NCBI RefSeq assembly: GCF_009914755.1
Contig: NC_060932.1
DNA: 64,000 nt
From: the human T2T-CHM13v2.0 reference genome, Homo sapiens
Strand: one strand, 5' to 3'
Shown: piece by piece, positions 26,550 through 40,215 of the stretch
Position numbering within the stretch: the first letter of the stretch is position 1
How the letters are laid out: every line of letters begins with the position of its first letter
The notes under the pieces: model-generated
The model's database searches: none
The model's input: only the letters and a program-made list of their open reading frames with translations
What the model was told of the DNA's origin: nothing
Translations under genes and position numbers: made by a program

Positions 26550-27879
26550 GAGCCACAGATGTAAGGTCATGGAAAGGCCAAGGGAGAGATGAGATATGTC
26601 TCTCTAGAGACTCAATTTAACTCTGTAGAATAGAACAAAAGTGAAGCCATGCTGAGAAGCCATTGCTGTTGTCCACTATCCTCCTGGCTAAGCAAAACTG
26701 ATGATGAACTTTTGTTTTTCTCAACACCTACCATATGCCTTGCTCATAGCAGGTCTCCCTATCTGAAGGATGAAGGGGTTAAGTGTGGTGGGCCAAACTG
26801 AAGGGCCTACAAGAAAATTTGAAAGTGCATACTGGGTTTGCACCTCTGGTTTTAACTTATCAAGTGCTGTTTTGAGGATCCGCTTTTAGGGTGGAGTCAT
26901 CAGGGATGTGAAGAGTAGACAGCCTGAGGTCACTTCTTAACTCTAACCTCAAGAGCTCCTGTTGTCTTCAAAGGGTGTCTGAGGCAGTTGATCTCTTACC
27001 CAAGCCCTTGTTACACCTATGGGCTTTGTGGTGATTGAACATGGGTAGTTGATCTATCTTGTAATCAACAGGAGAATGAGAACAGGTGCTATCATCCCCT
27101 GTCTGATATCCCTGTGATGCAATAGTCTGAGGAGTCTGAGGCTTTTGTGCAGGAAAATAGTATCTCAGGTCTCCTGCTATGACTCTCTCTCTGGGCCCAG
27201 GGATGTCTGGAATCCTTTGTCATTAGAACCAGGGGGACTTACTGGAAAACTTTTGGAGCACAAGAACTCCAAAGTGACCAAGGTTGGCCATTGTGATGAT
27301 TTCTGGAGAACTAGATACTAGGACTATGAGAGTCTGCTATACCTCAATTTGTCCTTTTTCTCTATAGGTTGGGGCAGAGGTTACTCTGCTTTAAATTTAG
27401 TTCAGGACATCATAAAAATCTGTATTCTGGCCCCTTGTATTTACTGATGTGGGCTTAAGGGATCATCATTTCCAGGAATCAAAACTTTGCAGTCAATAGC
27501 TAACTTTACTTGATATACTATTTGCGAGGAACCCTGTTAAGGGTTTTATATGGATTGTCACTTTAACTCTATAAGAGAAATTGTTTTTTTTCATTAGGAC
27601 AAACGAAGCACAGGGAGCCTAAATAACTAGCTGAAGGTCACAAAGTTAGTGAGTGGTACAGCTAATGAATGAACTCAGGTCTGTCTGATTCTACAACCTT
27701 AACCTATACTTTCTCTACCCTGAATAACTCTGATGGTGAATCTTTAGAAAGACGGTGAAAGATTTGGGTTTATCTGTGCTTTCCCAAAATTAATAGATGT
27801 AGGGGACCTGGGCTTGATCTCTATGTTCTTCTCATAATATATAATTTGGGAGAAACTTCTTCCTCCCTCTATCCCTTCC

Positions 27880-28005
27880 CACCTCCCTTTCTCTCCCTCC
27901 CTCCCTTCCTTCCTGCCTGCCTGCCTTCCTTCTTTCCTTCCTTCCTTCCTTCCTTCCTTCCTTCCTTCCTTCCTTCCTTCCTTCCTTCCTTCCCACCTTC
28001 TTTTC
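27880..28005. repeat. (CCTT)n / (CCTG)n tetranucleotide tract
   Basis: Direct reading. Confidence 0.92.
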
Positions 28006-28411
28006 TTCTTGTGGTTTTTAGAGTTTATTGCTTTATGTCTAAATTGGGGAAAAAATAGGGTCTACCCGTAAGGATGTTATAGAAGTTAAATGAAATTAGA
28101 AATGTAAATAAGGATTCCCAGAGGCTCAACGTTCATAGGGGGAGACAGAAGCCCACACAGCTGGTTCTTGAAAAACACAAGCTATTATAGCAACATAGAT
28201 GGACATACATTTAGTGGAATTGACAAGCTTCCCTTCAATGACTGTATTAATGGAAGAGGTGGCCTTGATTGGATGGATTGTTTTTAGGGTGCCCTTGAGG
28301 GTGAGTCAATCCACAGATTGGAACTTGAAAAGGGACTTTCACTATTGGAAGGTGACCATGGTTGGATTTCTAGGAAGTCTTTCTGTGGTGGCCTCATAGA
28401 TGAATTTTCTA

Positions 28412-28912
<501 letters not shown>

Positions 28913-29689
28913 AGTATGTACATATATATTCAAATATAAGGGAGAGATAATATATGTACATATAAGGGAAAGAGAAAAGAAAGAGAGAGTTAGAGAGAGA
29001 GAAGAGAGAGAAGGAAAAGGAGGGGGATTGAGAAAGAGGAAATGAGAGACAATGAGAAAATAACTATACAAAGAACCTATTGTGTGCTAGGTATGGTGCT
29101 AACTGCTACGTAGGTAAAGTTATTTAGTTGTAATAACTAAATAACTTCATTTTACCCCCAACTTTATGTGCGTTTAGGTGATTCATTTCCAGATTCAATT
29201 GTTTGAAGTGGGTTGAGTCTATAGAGTTTTCTCTCATCAGCTCTTTCTCCTTACGTAATTATTTATTTACTTCATGTTCATTGAACATACGGACCAGGCA
29301 CTATTCTAATTATTCTTAATAATTAGCTAAAGGAGCCCTGAGATGTTTTCATTCTAGTGTGTATGTATGTATGTGTATGTGTATATCATTATCATGGTCA
29401 TCTTATTATTGTCAGCATCATTGTCTTTAATGTGCATTTCTCCCTTGAGAGTCTGCAAACAATTTTTATATCAGTTATCACATTGTGTGCTCCCAATATT
29501 CCTAATGAGGCTGAGATTGTTTTCTCCACTTTGAATATAAGAAAACTAAGATCCAGAGAAGGTAAATGACTTACTACAGGCCACATAGCTAGTAGCTAGG
29601 ACTCATCCCGACTCCTCATCCAGTGCTCAGCCCACCGTGTACAGTCAATGTTGCTGACATAGACTGAAAAGGGTTGTCACACAATACTG

Positions 29690-29975
29690 TGGACTATTGG
29701 GCTCAGTGTGCACAGAGCAGACCTGCATTACATCTCAGCCACTTCTTAGTTGTTTGACCTTTACAACTATGACCTTTTGTATGTTGTATGACCTTCTTAG
29801 TTGTATGACCTTTACAATGATGTAACCTCCGTGAAGCTCAGTATTTTATATAACTTGGGGGTTATAATAGTATAAAGCTTGCTGGATTGCTGGAAATATT
29901 CAATAAGATAATGCATAGAAATTGCTTACCCAAGTGCTTGACACAGAGTTAGCTTAAGAAATGTTAGCTATTATT
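29690..29975 (+). mobile_element. MIR SINE
   Basis: cagacctgcattacatctcagccacttcttagttgtttgacc...caataagataatgcatag...aatgttagctattatt. Confidence 0.7.
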
Positions 29976-30639
29976 ATGGCAGAATCTGCCACTCTTTCTT
30001 TTGCGCAATGGAATGTGGCAGAGAGGGCAGATCGGGAGCGTGTGTGTCAGTGTCCTCACTCATCCCATTGACTGAAGACTCCTTTGCCTGCTACTAACCC
30101 CACTGGGCACCAGGCCAGAGCTCTAAGGGAAGCTCCTATTTGTTCCAGCCAAGAGGAATCAGCTGCCACTTTAGTTGACGTTGTGTAATGGGATGCAACC
30201 CATGCCAGCTATGACTCCCTGGGGTCATATGCTCCCAGGTCAGGGTCTTGAAAACCTTCTCTTTTTAGAGGGCTTGAGATTCAGCAGTCCATGGAAAAAT
30301 GACCCCAAAATATTGTGCATATTTGTGTAAAAACGTGTTGGCGATGGAGTTAGTCAAGCAGGGATCTAGAGAAAGAAAGAAGTGCTGGTGGAGTCCAGAG
30401 AACTGCAGGCTCTTGCTTTGTAAATCGGTTAATAAACCCTGTCCCTTGAGAAACCCTAGCCCTTGTGAAATTGGCCTTGACAGGACTGTGATATGGTGTT
30501 ACAATGAGCTAGGGATGTGGAGTCAGATTGGGACTTCTGTATAAATAAAATTTAATTTGTAAAGCCATGCTATGGGGTATCTGTTATGATCTCTATTTTA
30601 TAAATGAGGAAATGGAAGTTCACACGTAGAGATGATCTG

Positions 30640-31806
30640 AACCTAGTTTTTCCCTTCTCTCTCCCCAAGATGATCTCATCTGGTCACATGTTTGACTTAC
30701 CATCTACAGGGTGAAAAAGCCAAAATCTATTTCCAGGCTGTCCTCTCCTCCGAACTCTGTACTTATATATTTAAACGCCTGCTTTCCATTTCTACATGAA
30801 TATCTAATAACAATCTCTAACCTGTTAGGTCCAAACAGAACACTTGAATCCTCTTCCTCAAACCTCCACCAGCTTGTTCATCACCAGACCTACATGTTTC
30901 ACTGATTATCTCCACCATACATCATGTTCCTTACACCAAAACTCTGCTAACCTGGCTGCTGGTTATTTTCCTAGGTTTCACAAATTTCCTCATCCACTGT
31001 ATCCACTCTGTTAGTGAGACCTCTTAACTCTAACTTAAAAACATTTTCCACATCTGTCTGCTTTGCTCCAAATAAACCAAAAGCATCCTAGTCCATGCTC
31101 CATCTTCATTCACCTCGGCCATTATAATATCTTTCTAACTGATTTCTCACCTTCCTTTGGCCCCCTATAATTCATACTTTACACAGCTACCAAGTAGATA
31201 CTTTCACCAAGGAAAATAAGCTCCTTCTCTGATCTGCTTACCATCCTCAAATGGCTTTCATAGCACTTAAAGTGAAATCCAAACGTCTTATGCTGAGCTT
31301 TCAAGCTCCTTCCTGATCTGCTCCCTGGCTACATTCTGGATTTCCTTTTCTCGTACTCTCTCTCTGGCACTCTACAATCCAGCTAAACTGGTTTTCTCTG
31401 TTGCTCCAACACCCCAAGTTCTCATCTCTGTTGGGGTCTCTGCTCTGGGTGTTTCCTCCACCTGGCTGCCTCCAGTCTTAGATCTCCACATTGCAAGCTC
31501 CTTCTTACTGTCCATTCTCAGCTCAAACATCATGTTCTCAGGGCAAACCCCAACCCCTCAACCTGGTGTAGATCTTCCTGAATAATTTCTCTTCATGTCA
31601 CTCTAGTTTATATTTGTCCATCTGTGTGTCTCAATGTGATACTATCTTATTTATTTGGTTTTTCATTTATTGCCTGCCTCAATTATTGTACAACTAAAGT
31701 GTCAGTTCCAGGGGAGCAAAGACGGTGCTTCTTTCACTTCACTGTCATGTCTGTACATGGTCTGATATACAGTAGATACTCAAAAAAAGTTTGTTGATTG
31801 AATAAA
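30640..31806 (+). mobile_element. L2 LINE fragment (~1.2 kb)
   Basis: Pyrimidine-rich L2 body (atcctcaaatggctttcatagcacttaaagtgaaatccaaa) ending agtagatactcaaaaaaagtttgttgattgaataaa. Confidence 0.75.
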
Positions 31807-32817
31807 CAACTGCTATTCTGAGGTTCCTAAGCTTACTTCAGCTAAGAACAAATTCTACAGGGTATTAATTAGGAAGAAGGGTCAAATGGGTGTGTGAACA
31901 TGGTCCCAAATATTGTCCTAAAACCAAAGTAACATTTTTTTTAAAGTTTAATTACTTTGGGTAGATTTTGGAAGATACCGAAATAAAAAAGAAAAGTTGT
32001 CTTCTCTCCTCATTCTGATTGTGGTTTTACACACCTCAATACAGATAACAAAAACAAAATGCAAATTAAAAACAAGATATATGAAACAAATATGTGTCTC
32101 TGTTGTGTGGTTTTTCTTGGGTGGGGTCCTTGGGCAGGGCAGGACCCAGGCTCATGTGCATCAGCTGGCCTGAGTCACTCTCCCTGCCCTGAGTCCAGCA
32201 CAGTCACCTCCACCTGCTTCGGTTCCAGCAGCTCCTCTTCTCAGCATGCCCTGTCTTTTATTTTCCCTTTGCCCAAGTCTGTTCCACCTGGGTTATACTT
32301 TATCCCCCATCCCAGCAGCCAGATTAGCAGAGTTCATATCTCTGTGTTAAAATCTGGGCTTATTCTATGTAACCTTGAGCAGATAGTTTGCCCTGTCTGA
32401 ACCGTAGTGTTCTGTTATGTAGAGTGGGAACAATACAGTGCCTACTTCACAGAGCATTTGTAAGGAATAAACTGCTTGGTACTTGTGGAGTACTCAGTGT
32501 GGCACCTCATGCATTCCAAGTATGCTGCCAAAACTTAAGGATTATGTCCCTCTGGGCTTACCCTAAAAGACAATCTTTTCCTAAATCATGTGGTTCTTGA
32601 AAATTCAGGTATTCAGTTTGAAGCATAAAGAGTTTTTCTTCTAAATGACCAGCTGTTTTATGTGTGCAGGCCCTTCTGCACCAAAAAGCAGGTTTCTTGA
32701 GAGAGAAACCATAGGATACAAAAATATAAGAACCCTTTTCACCTCCTTCCCAGTTTGCTTCTTCTCAGCCCAGACTAACTGCCAGCATTTATAGAGCGCT
32801 TTACATTTTGCTGCTGC

Positions 32818-32935
32818 CACTACTGTTATTACTATCATCACTATAATTATAACTGCTACTCCTACTATTACTATTCCATTCCTTCTTTTGTTATTACTCT
32901 TACCGCTGTTGCTACTACTGCTGTTACTAACACTA
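32818..32935. repeat. Degenerate (TAC/TAT)n low-complexity tract
   Basis: cactactgttattactatcatcactataattataactgctactcctactattact... Confidence 0.75.
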
Positions 32936-34839
32936 GCTAACATTTATTGAGGAATTGCTACATGATAGACAATATACTATGCACTTTACCTTTGTTACCC
33001 TGTTTAACAAACACAATAGTCAATAAAGAAGGCGGTGTTCACAGCAGTTAAAAATGCGGGTTGGAAGTCAGATTTCTTGGCTTTTAATCTTGGTTCCAAT
33101 GATTAATAGCTGTGTGATTCTAGGAAAGTGACTCAATCACTCTGTCTCAATTATCTTAAAATAGAGATATTTATAACAGAATAGAATCAATTAGATAATG
33201 CAAGTAAAAAAGGTGTTTTGTTTTTTTTTGCAAATGCTGAATAGTGTCTGGTATGTAATCAACACTCAAGTTATTGTTGATACTAAAAACATTTTTTTTA
33301 CTGTATTTAGGGGATATTTATCCCCCTACCCTCCTGCCCTTCTCTGTGTTCCCATAGCACTGTTCTTTCTGCCATCTACTGCATAGCCTACAGTATTGTA
33401 ATCGTCTCTTATTTATTGGATCCCCTACCAGTTAGACACCACTTTAGAGCAGGAGAAGGAGCCTTTTTCACTGTAGTAGCCATGCCACCTACCACAGGCC
33501 TGGCACATCCTAAATTTTCACTCAACACTTGCTGAATGAATAAAGAACTGAATTTTTGGTGTGTAATTTGAAACAAGTCTTTTGTTAACCTGTTATAATA
33601 TTTAATGCTCATAACAGCCTTGGAAGGTGGGACACATTTCTACTCCCCATTCCACCCTTTATTCCTTTCTCCCACAGTGGCAAAGGTTTTACTTTCCCCA
33701 ATTTAGGGATGGGGACATTGAGATCCATGATGGTGAGCAACCTGGCCGAAGCCAGGCAGCTTCTGTACAGAGAACAGTGAATCTAAAACTTTGAACTCTA
33801 CATTTCTAGCTGCATAGCACTGACTTAATAAATACTGCATCGACTAGATTGAAGTTGGGAAACTCAATGAATATTCTTGAATGATAAGGGTTATGCTATC
33901 CCTTTCCTTTGGAATGACATCTTGATATCGCTGAGGACAGAAAGAATTTAGAGTCCCTCCAAGGGCCTCTGAGCATTACCAACAATGTCAATTAGTGAGC
34001 ATGTCCCTAACTATATTTGTGAGATAAGAAAATACCTGAGTCCACGCATTTGAGCTCCTGGTTGCCAAAAGAGTTGACTGCATGGCTGATCCACATCAAT
34101 GCAGGGAAATTGCCTGTTAATCTTTGATTACCATGTTCTTGTTCAAAGAACACAGTTTCTAATTTGCCTGTAGTGTGTAGACCCAGTCATTGAAAGACCA
34201 TAAAGTATTGGTTCTAGTTGGAGATAAATCTCTTAGTTTAAACATTTGAAAGATTAAACACACATATATATTCACATCTTCATTATAAAAGGCAATAAAA
34301 TAAACCATATAAGTAGAACATTTAGACAAAGAGGAGGAAAAAATAACCCTTAATCCCATGACTTTAGCACAATTACTCTTAGTATGTTAATGATTTTCCT
34401 TCTACACCTCTTTCTATTTACTTTTACATTTTCATTTGTTATAATAGCATTCATATAAAACTGCTTCCCTACTTTCTCTTAGCAGTTTAACAGAATATTT
34501 TTCTTATTATTCTAACACAGTATTTGTCACCATGGTATTTCAGTGGCTAAATACTACAGTGGACCGCTGCTAAATTTCCAGTTTTCACTGTAAGGATGTT
34601 TTTTTTAAATTTAATTTTGATTTTCAGAGCCTGTAGTGAAGAAGAATGGAAATGCAGGCTCTTTTTTTATCATTGGTTGGAGCTCAAAATGCTGTCCTAT
34701 TTTTAGGGTTAGGATTTCATGGTCTTCATGTTTGCAGATAATAGTTATAAAGTCACAATATTTTTATGGAGGGACTTTAGAGACTAGTTGATCTAATTGT
34801 CTCATTTTGTAGGTGAGGAGACTGAGGCCCATTGCCTAT

Positions 34840-35720
34840 GTTCAGGGGACACAGTTGGGAAAGTGTGTGTCATTTTAAGGAACAGCTGAGAGGCCAGTGT
34901 AGCCAGACTGTAGTTGGCAAGACAGCACAGAGGGAAAGTGTGTGTGGGGGCGGGGGAGGAGGGAAAAGGAGGAGGTGGAGGGCCCCCTCATGAGGGCTTT
35001 ATGATTTCTAGTAAGAAATTGAACTTTTACTCTGATGAGAGGGAGAGCCACTGGCAGCATTCTGGCTTCTGGCCTGAGAATAGCATGTAGGGGTCAAGGG
35101 TGAGAAGGAGGGAGATCGTTGGAGGCAATTGCAGAACTATAAATAAGCAAGAGGTGATGATGGCTTAGGCTGAGTGTAGCAGGAAGGTGGCCAGAGGTGG
35201 TCAATTTCTACACGTATTTTAAAGGTTGAGATGATAGTATTTGCTAGTAGATTCCATGTGGAGTATGAGGAAGAAAAGGAGTCAAGAAGAGTTGATTCCA
35301 AGTTCTTCTGGCCTAAATGGCTGAATACTTGATTTTTCCATTAACTGGGACTCAGAAGACTTCAGGAGACATAGATCAGGCTTGTGGGGAGGCGGCAGGG
35401 AGAGCCTCAAATCAATAATTTAATAATAATTTAATTTAGAGCATGTTAAGTTTAAAAAGGTTATCAGATATTCAAGTGAAGATGTCAATCCAGCAGCTGC
35501 ATGGACACGTCTAGAGTGAAAGATAGAGGTACAGAAATATAAACGTGGAGGTTTTGATTGCTGAATGGTGTTCTAAGTTATGAGACTAGATGAAATCACC
35601 TTGGAAGTGAGAATAGATTAGAAAGGGAAGAAGACCAAGGATTCTTCTTTGGAGAGATGAGAAGGAGCCAGCAAAGTAGACCAAAAAGCAGCATCCAGTT
35701 AGGTGTTTGATGGCTGCATA
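34840..35720 (-). mobile_element. L2 LINE fragment
   Basis: gaacttttactctgatgagagggagagccactgg...tagagcatgttaagttt...actagatgaaatcacct. Confidence 0.75.
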
Positions 35721-38349
35721 AGATCCATCGTATGGAGGCACTGCAATTGACACGGCCATTCCACTGGGGAAGGGTGGTAAGCTGTTTTTCATGAGGACTC
35801 AAAAACTACTACAACCCACATTCTGACAAAGCTTCTTTGTATTCCCCTGAGCTTTTGCACAGACATCATCTGTGTATTGGGACCTGGTAGGCTGGTGCCC
35901 TAATCAAAGCCCTGGGAACACCTCATTTGGTCTCTGACTGACTTAGTATTTTATGTAATTTATTACAATTAGACTTGAACCTGGTTTAAGCTAACCTTTA
36001 CACTGTCTCTTAAGAGAAAAAAATTCATTCAATTCAATCCAATAACCTTTATTAATTGTTTAAATTAGTTATAAGTTAGCTGTAAATTAGTTAATCTATA
36101 CTGGTTAATGAATAGTATAAGCAGTATTGGCAGTGAGCACATTCAATCTACTTAGAGAAATGAACTGGTTACAAAGGCTTTCATGCATTCATTGTTTGGC
36201 TACAATGATAGAAACTCTGGTATTATATCGTTTTAGTCTTGTTGCTCATATACTATGCAGAAACTGTAGGGCAACAGAGGATGTAAAATCATAGGTTCTA
36301 TATCATCCAGGGCCATGATAGAATCCAAGCTTCTACTCACTAATGGTGTAGCCTTGGAAAAAATACCTTCTCATCTCTATAATGAGACTATCATACTTAT
36401 GCCTATCTCAGAGAGTTGGACAAATTACTTGACATATGGTATATTCAACATACGGCACAGAATAGATACTCAATAAAGATGAATTCCCTTGCTTTTAATT
36501 TGCGTTTAGTTTTTAAAGCCCAGCTAAAATGTCATCTAGCCTCCAGAAGGAAATTTGTTATTCCTATTTATAACAATTGCTTTCTTCTGGAAGCCCATAA
36601 AACAATTTTCTCTTATTTCACTGTCTTGAAGTGAAGTTAGGTATTTGCAGCTCTTTCACTCAAAAGGCAGATCTCATTCATGGGTGTATTTTCCCCTGAA
36701 TCCCTGGAGCAGTGTGTGGTATCTGGTGTGTGCTCAATAGTCTTATCTATTTCATTACCTATATCAGAGAATTTCAATTTGGATCTGTTTAATAAGTAGT
36801 TAATAAGCTGAGGCCCCTAGGTGCATTTGAAGGTAATGGCATGTTTTGGAAAATTCTTCAAATTTATGATCTGTCTTCCCCTCTCTATTAGTCTGAATTA
36901 ATGAGGGTCAACTTGAGAATATTTAATGGGATTCTCTTTCTTAGATGTGTGTTCCTGTATTTTAGGTAATTAAAAACCACCACTATCTAAACCAACAACC
37001 AACCACAAATGCTGCTTAGAATGAATTACATGGTTTTAATTTCTCACTAGCCCTGGCTTAAATTTTTTTTTGCTTTTGCTTTGTTTGGTTAAATGAGGCC
37101 CCCTGGACCCACCTCCACTATCACACACACACATACACACATACACACTTGACAGGAATGAATCACCAGGCTTACTTGTAGAGTGAGTGACAAACTCTGG
37201 TCAAGGTGGTATATGATCAAGCACTAGCTTTTTCAACCTCAAATGCTATTTTGGGGCAGAAGGAAAATTTGTCTTGCAAAAAGAGATAAATAATCTTACT
37301 TAATTTTATCATACTCATATACATATATTTGGATGATAATAAGGCAATCCAGGTTATTGAATGTTCACATGGGACTATTCTTGTGTATGGTGCTAAGAGA
37401 TATACAAAACTAAATAGTCTCTAAGACTGTATTAGAAATATGAACGGACCACCACTTATTGAGCTCTTACTGTATACTTGGCACAATGCTATGCATTATA
37501 CAAACATTTTTGAAATTATTTTGTGTTCTCATAGTAGCCCTGGGAGGCAGATATTATTTTTTCTAATTTCACATATATGGAAATTGAGTCTTAACTCATT
37601 TAACTAGCCTAACCGGGTCATGTGGCTGATAGGTGGAACTGGGTTTTTAAAAATCATGTTTGCTCATTCCAAAGTCTGTGCTTATGCCCACCATGGAGTA
37701 CCTATTTTGTAAAACAGATTTAAAGATGAAATGGTTACAAATATTATCCTTCAAGAGCTCTAAGTCTAGTAGGAGTCAAAAAAGAAATGAAAAATAAGTC
37801 TAATATTTTAAAAAGTGTGATCTTAAGAAAGACCTAGAAAAATGCTGTAATAAGGAGAGATTATTTACTAATTGCTAGCTTCTTCAGTCTTAAGTAAGCT
37901 ATCATTTCCTTCAGAAAGGCATTCCTGACAGGCTGATTCTCCTCCCATCTCCCCACTCCACCCCTACTCATCTTGTGATGAGTAACATGTGCTGAATAGC
38001 ATGGAAGTTAAAACTGCTTAGCACGTGGTAGACGCTAAAAGAGTGAATGGGATGCATGCTTCATGGAAGGATTGGGTATGTGTGAAGACGAGGTGGCTAC
38101 CTGGAGGGCATTCTCAATAGGGGGAGTAGTTTCAGCAAGTTGGTAAAGGCTTGGCTTCCATGACACATAGAGGAGAACAGTTTCATTTACCATGATAGGC
38201 TCATAAAGGACAGTAGGCTGGAGTCAGATAAAGAGAAGTTTCAATTCCAGGCCAAATGTGCTTCTCAAATCAAGAGGAGGGCAAACTGCACATTTCTTAG
38301 CAGATCTGTGATTTAGCAAGATTAATCGGACTTTAAGATAAATTGGGAT

Positions 38350-38600
38350 GGAGCAGAACATACAGAAAAGAGCTTTCCAGCTGAGACAGACCTGGGTTTG
38401 AACCCTAACCTGTTGATTTACTGGGTAGCCTTGGACATAGAACTTTACCTTTCTCAGCCTCACTCAGCTTCCTCATCTGTACATCAGAATAATTGGGAAT
38501 ACATGTAGTATTGTTATGGAGATTAGAGTATGAGTATGCCATGTTCTTATCTTCCTGGTAAGTAGTAAGAGCTCAAAAAGAGTAGTTATTAATATTATAA
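38350..38600 (+). mobile_element. MIR SINE
   Basis: gacagacctgggtttgaaccc...ccttggac...cagcttcctcatctgta. Confidence 0.75.
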
Positions 38601-39415
38601 TAGGTTAGGGAAGGAAGAGACAGAAAAAGAGATGTCTTTAGCTAGATTTGTGCAAGAATCTGGGTGAGATTCCAGGAGGAACTGGACAAAGAGAAGAGGC
38701 AGTGATGATGAGGCAGGAAGTGAGAACAATGCAGCAGATTGAAGTTAGCATCAGAAGGAGAGAAGTTGGCTAAGTGGTAGTTAGTCTAAGAGTTATATTG
38801 TGAAAGGTCTTAGAGTCTTCTTTGAGTGAAAAATTTCATCCACAAGAGAGGATTAAAGCATGACAGAATGACAGCACAGAACCCAAGGGGAAACAGTGTG
38901 GTAGGGCACTAAATACACAGAAAAACCAATGGTAAGTCATAGCCAGAGCAGCTATAGTTTACTGAGCACTTACTTCCCCTCAGGGAGCCTACCAGAAGGC
39001 AGCATTTATTTTCTTATTTAATGCTTATTTTACTGATCAGGAAACCAAAGTTTGGAGAGACTCAATAATTCTTCAAGAGCAGAGATGTGGTACATGGCTG
39101 AGCTGGACTCCAAACTCATATACATCTGACTTTAACATGTGTGCTTTTAATTCTTTTACTAGCATATGGAAGAGACCATGGTTATTCAATAAAGGTATTA
39201 AGTTGAGTCTTAAAGTATGAGGTGTACTGTCATAGAGAGAGTAGGAAGGCACGTTTGAAGTGTGAGAAAGAACAGGAATGGCATACTGGATATCAGCTCT
39301 TTCTATCTGAGGCAGTGAGAAAACTAGCATAAGAGGCCTGGGTTATATGTTATACTATCTTTTCTCCTGGAAAAAAAGTAAAGTGATTCTTGGGTTTTCA
39401 GAATCAAGTTAACTA

Positions 39416-39802
<387 letters not shown>

Positions 39803-39885
39803 CCAAATCAGCAAGAAACTGAGTTTGACATTTATAAAATTGGTAAAGTTGGAAAGTTGGGGGTAAGTATTAGAAGTGTTGCATT

Positions 39886-40215
<330 letters not shown>

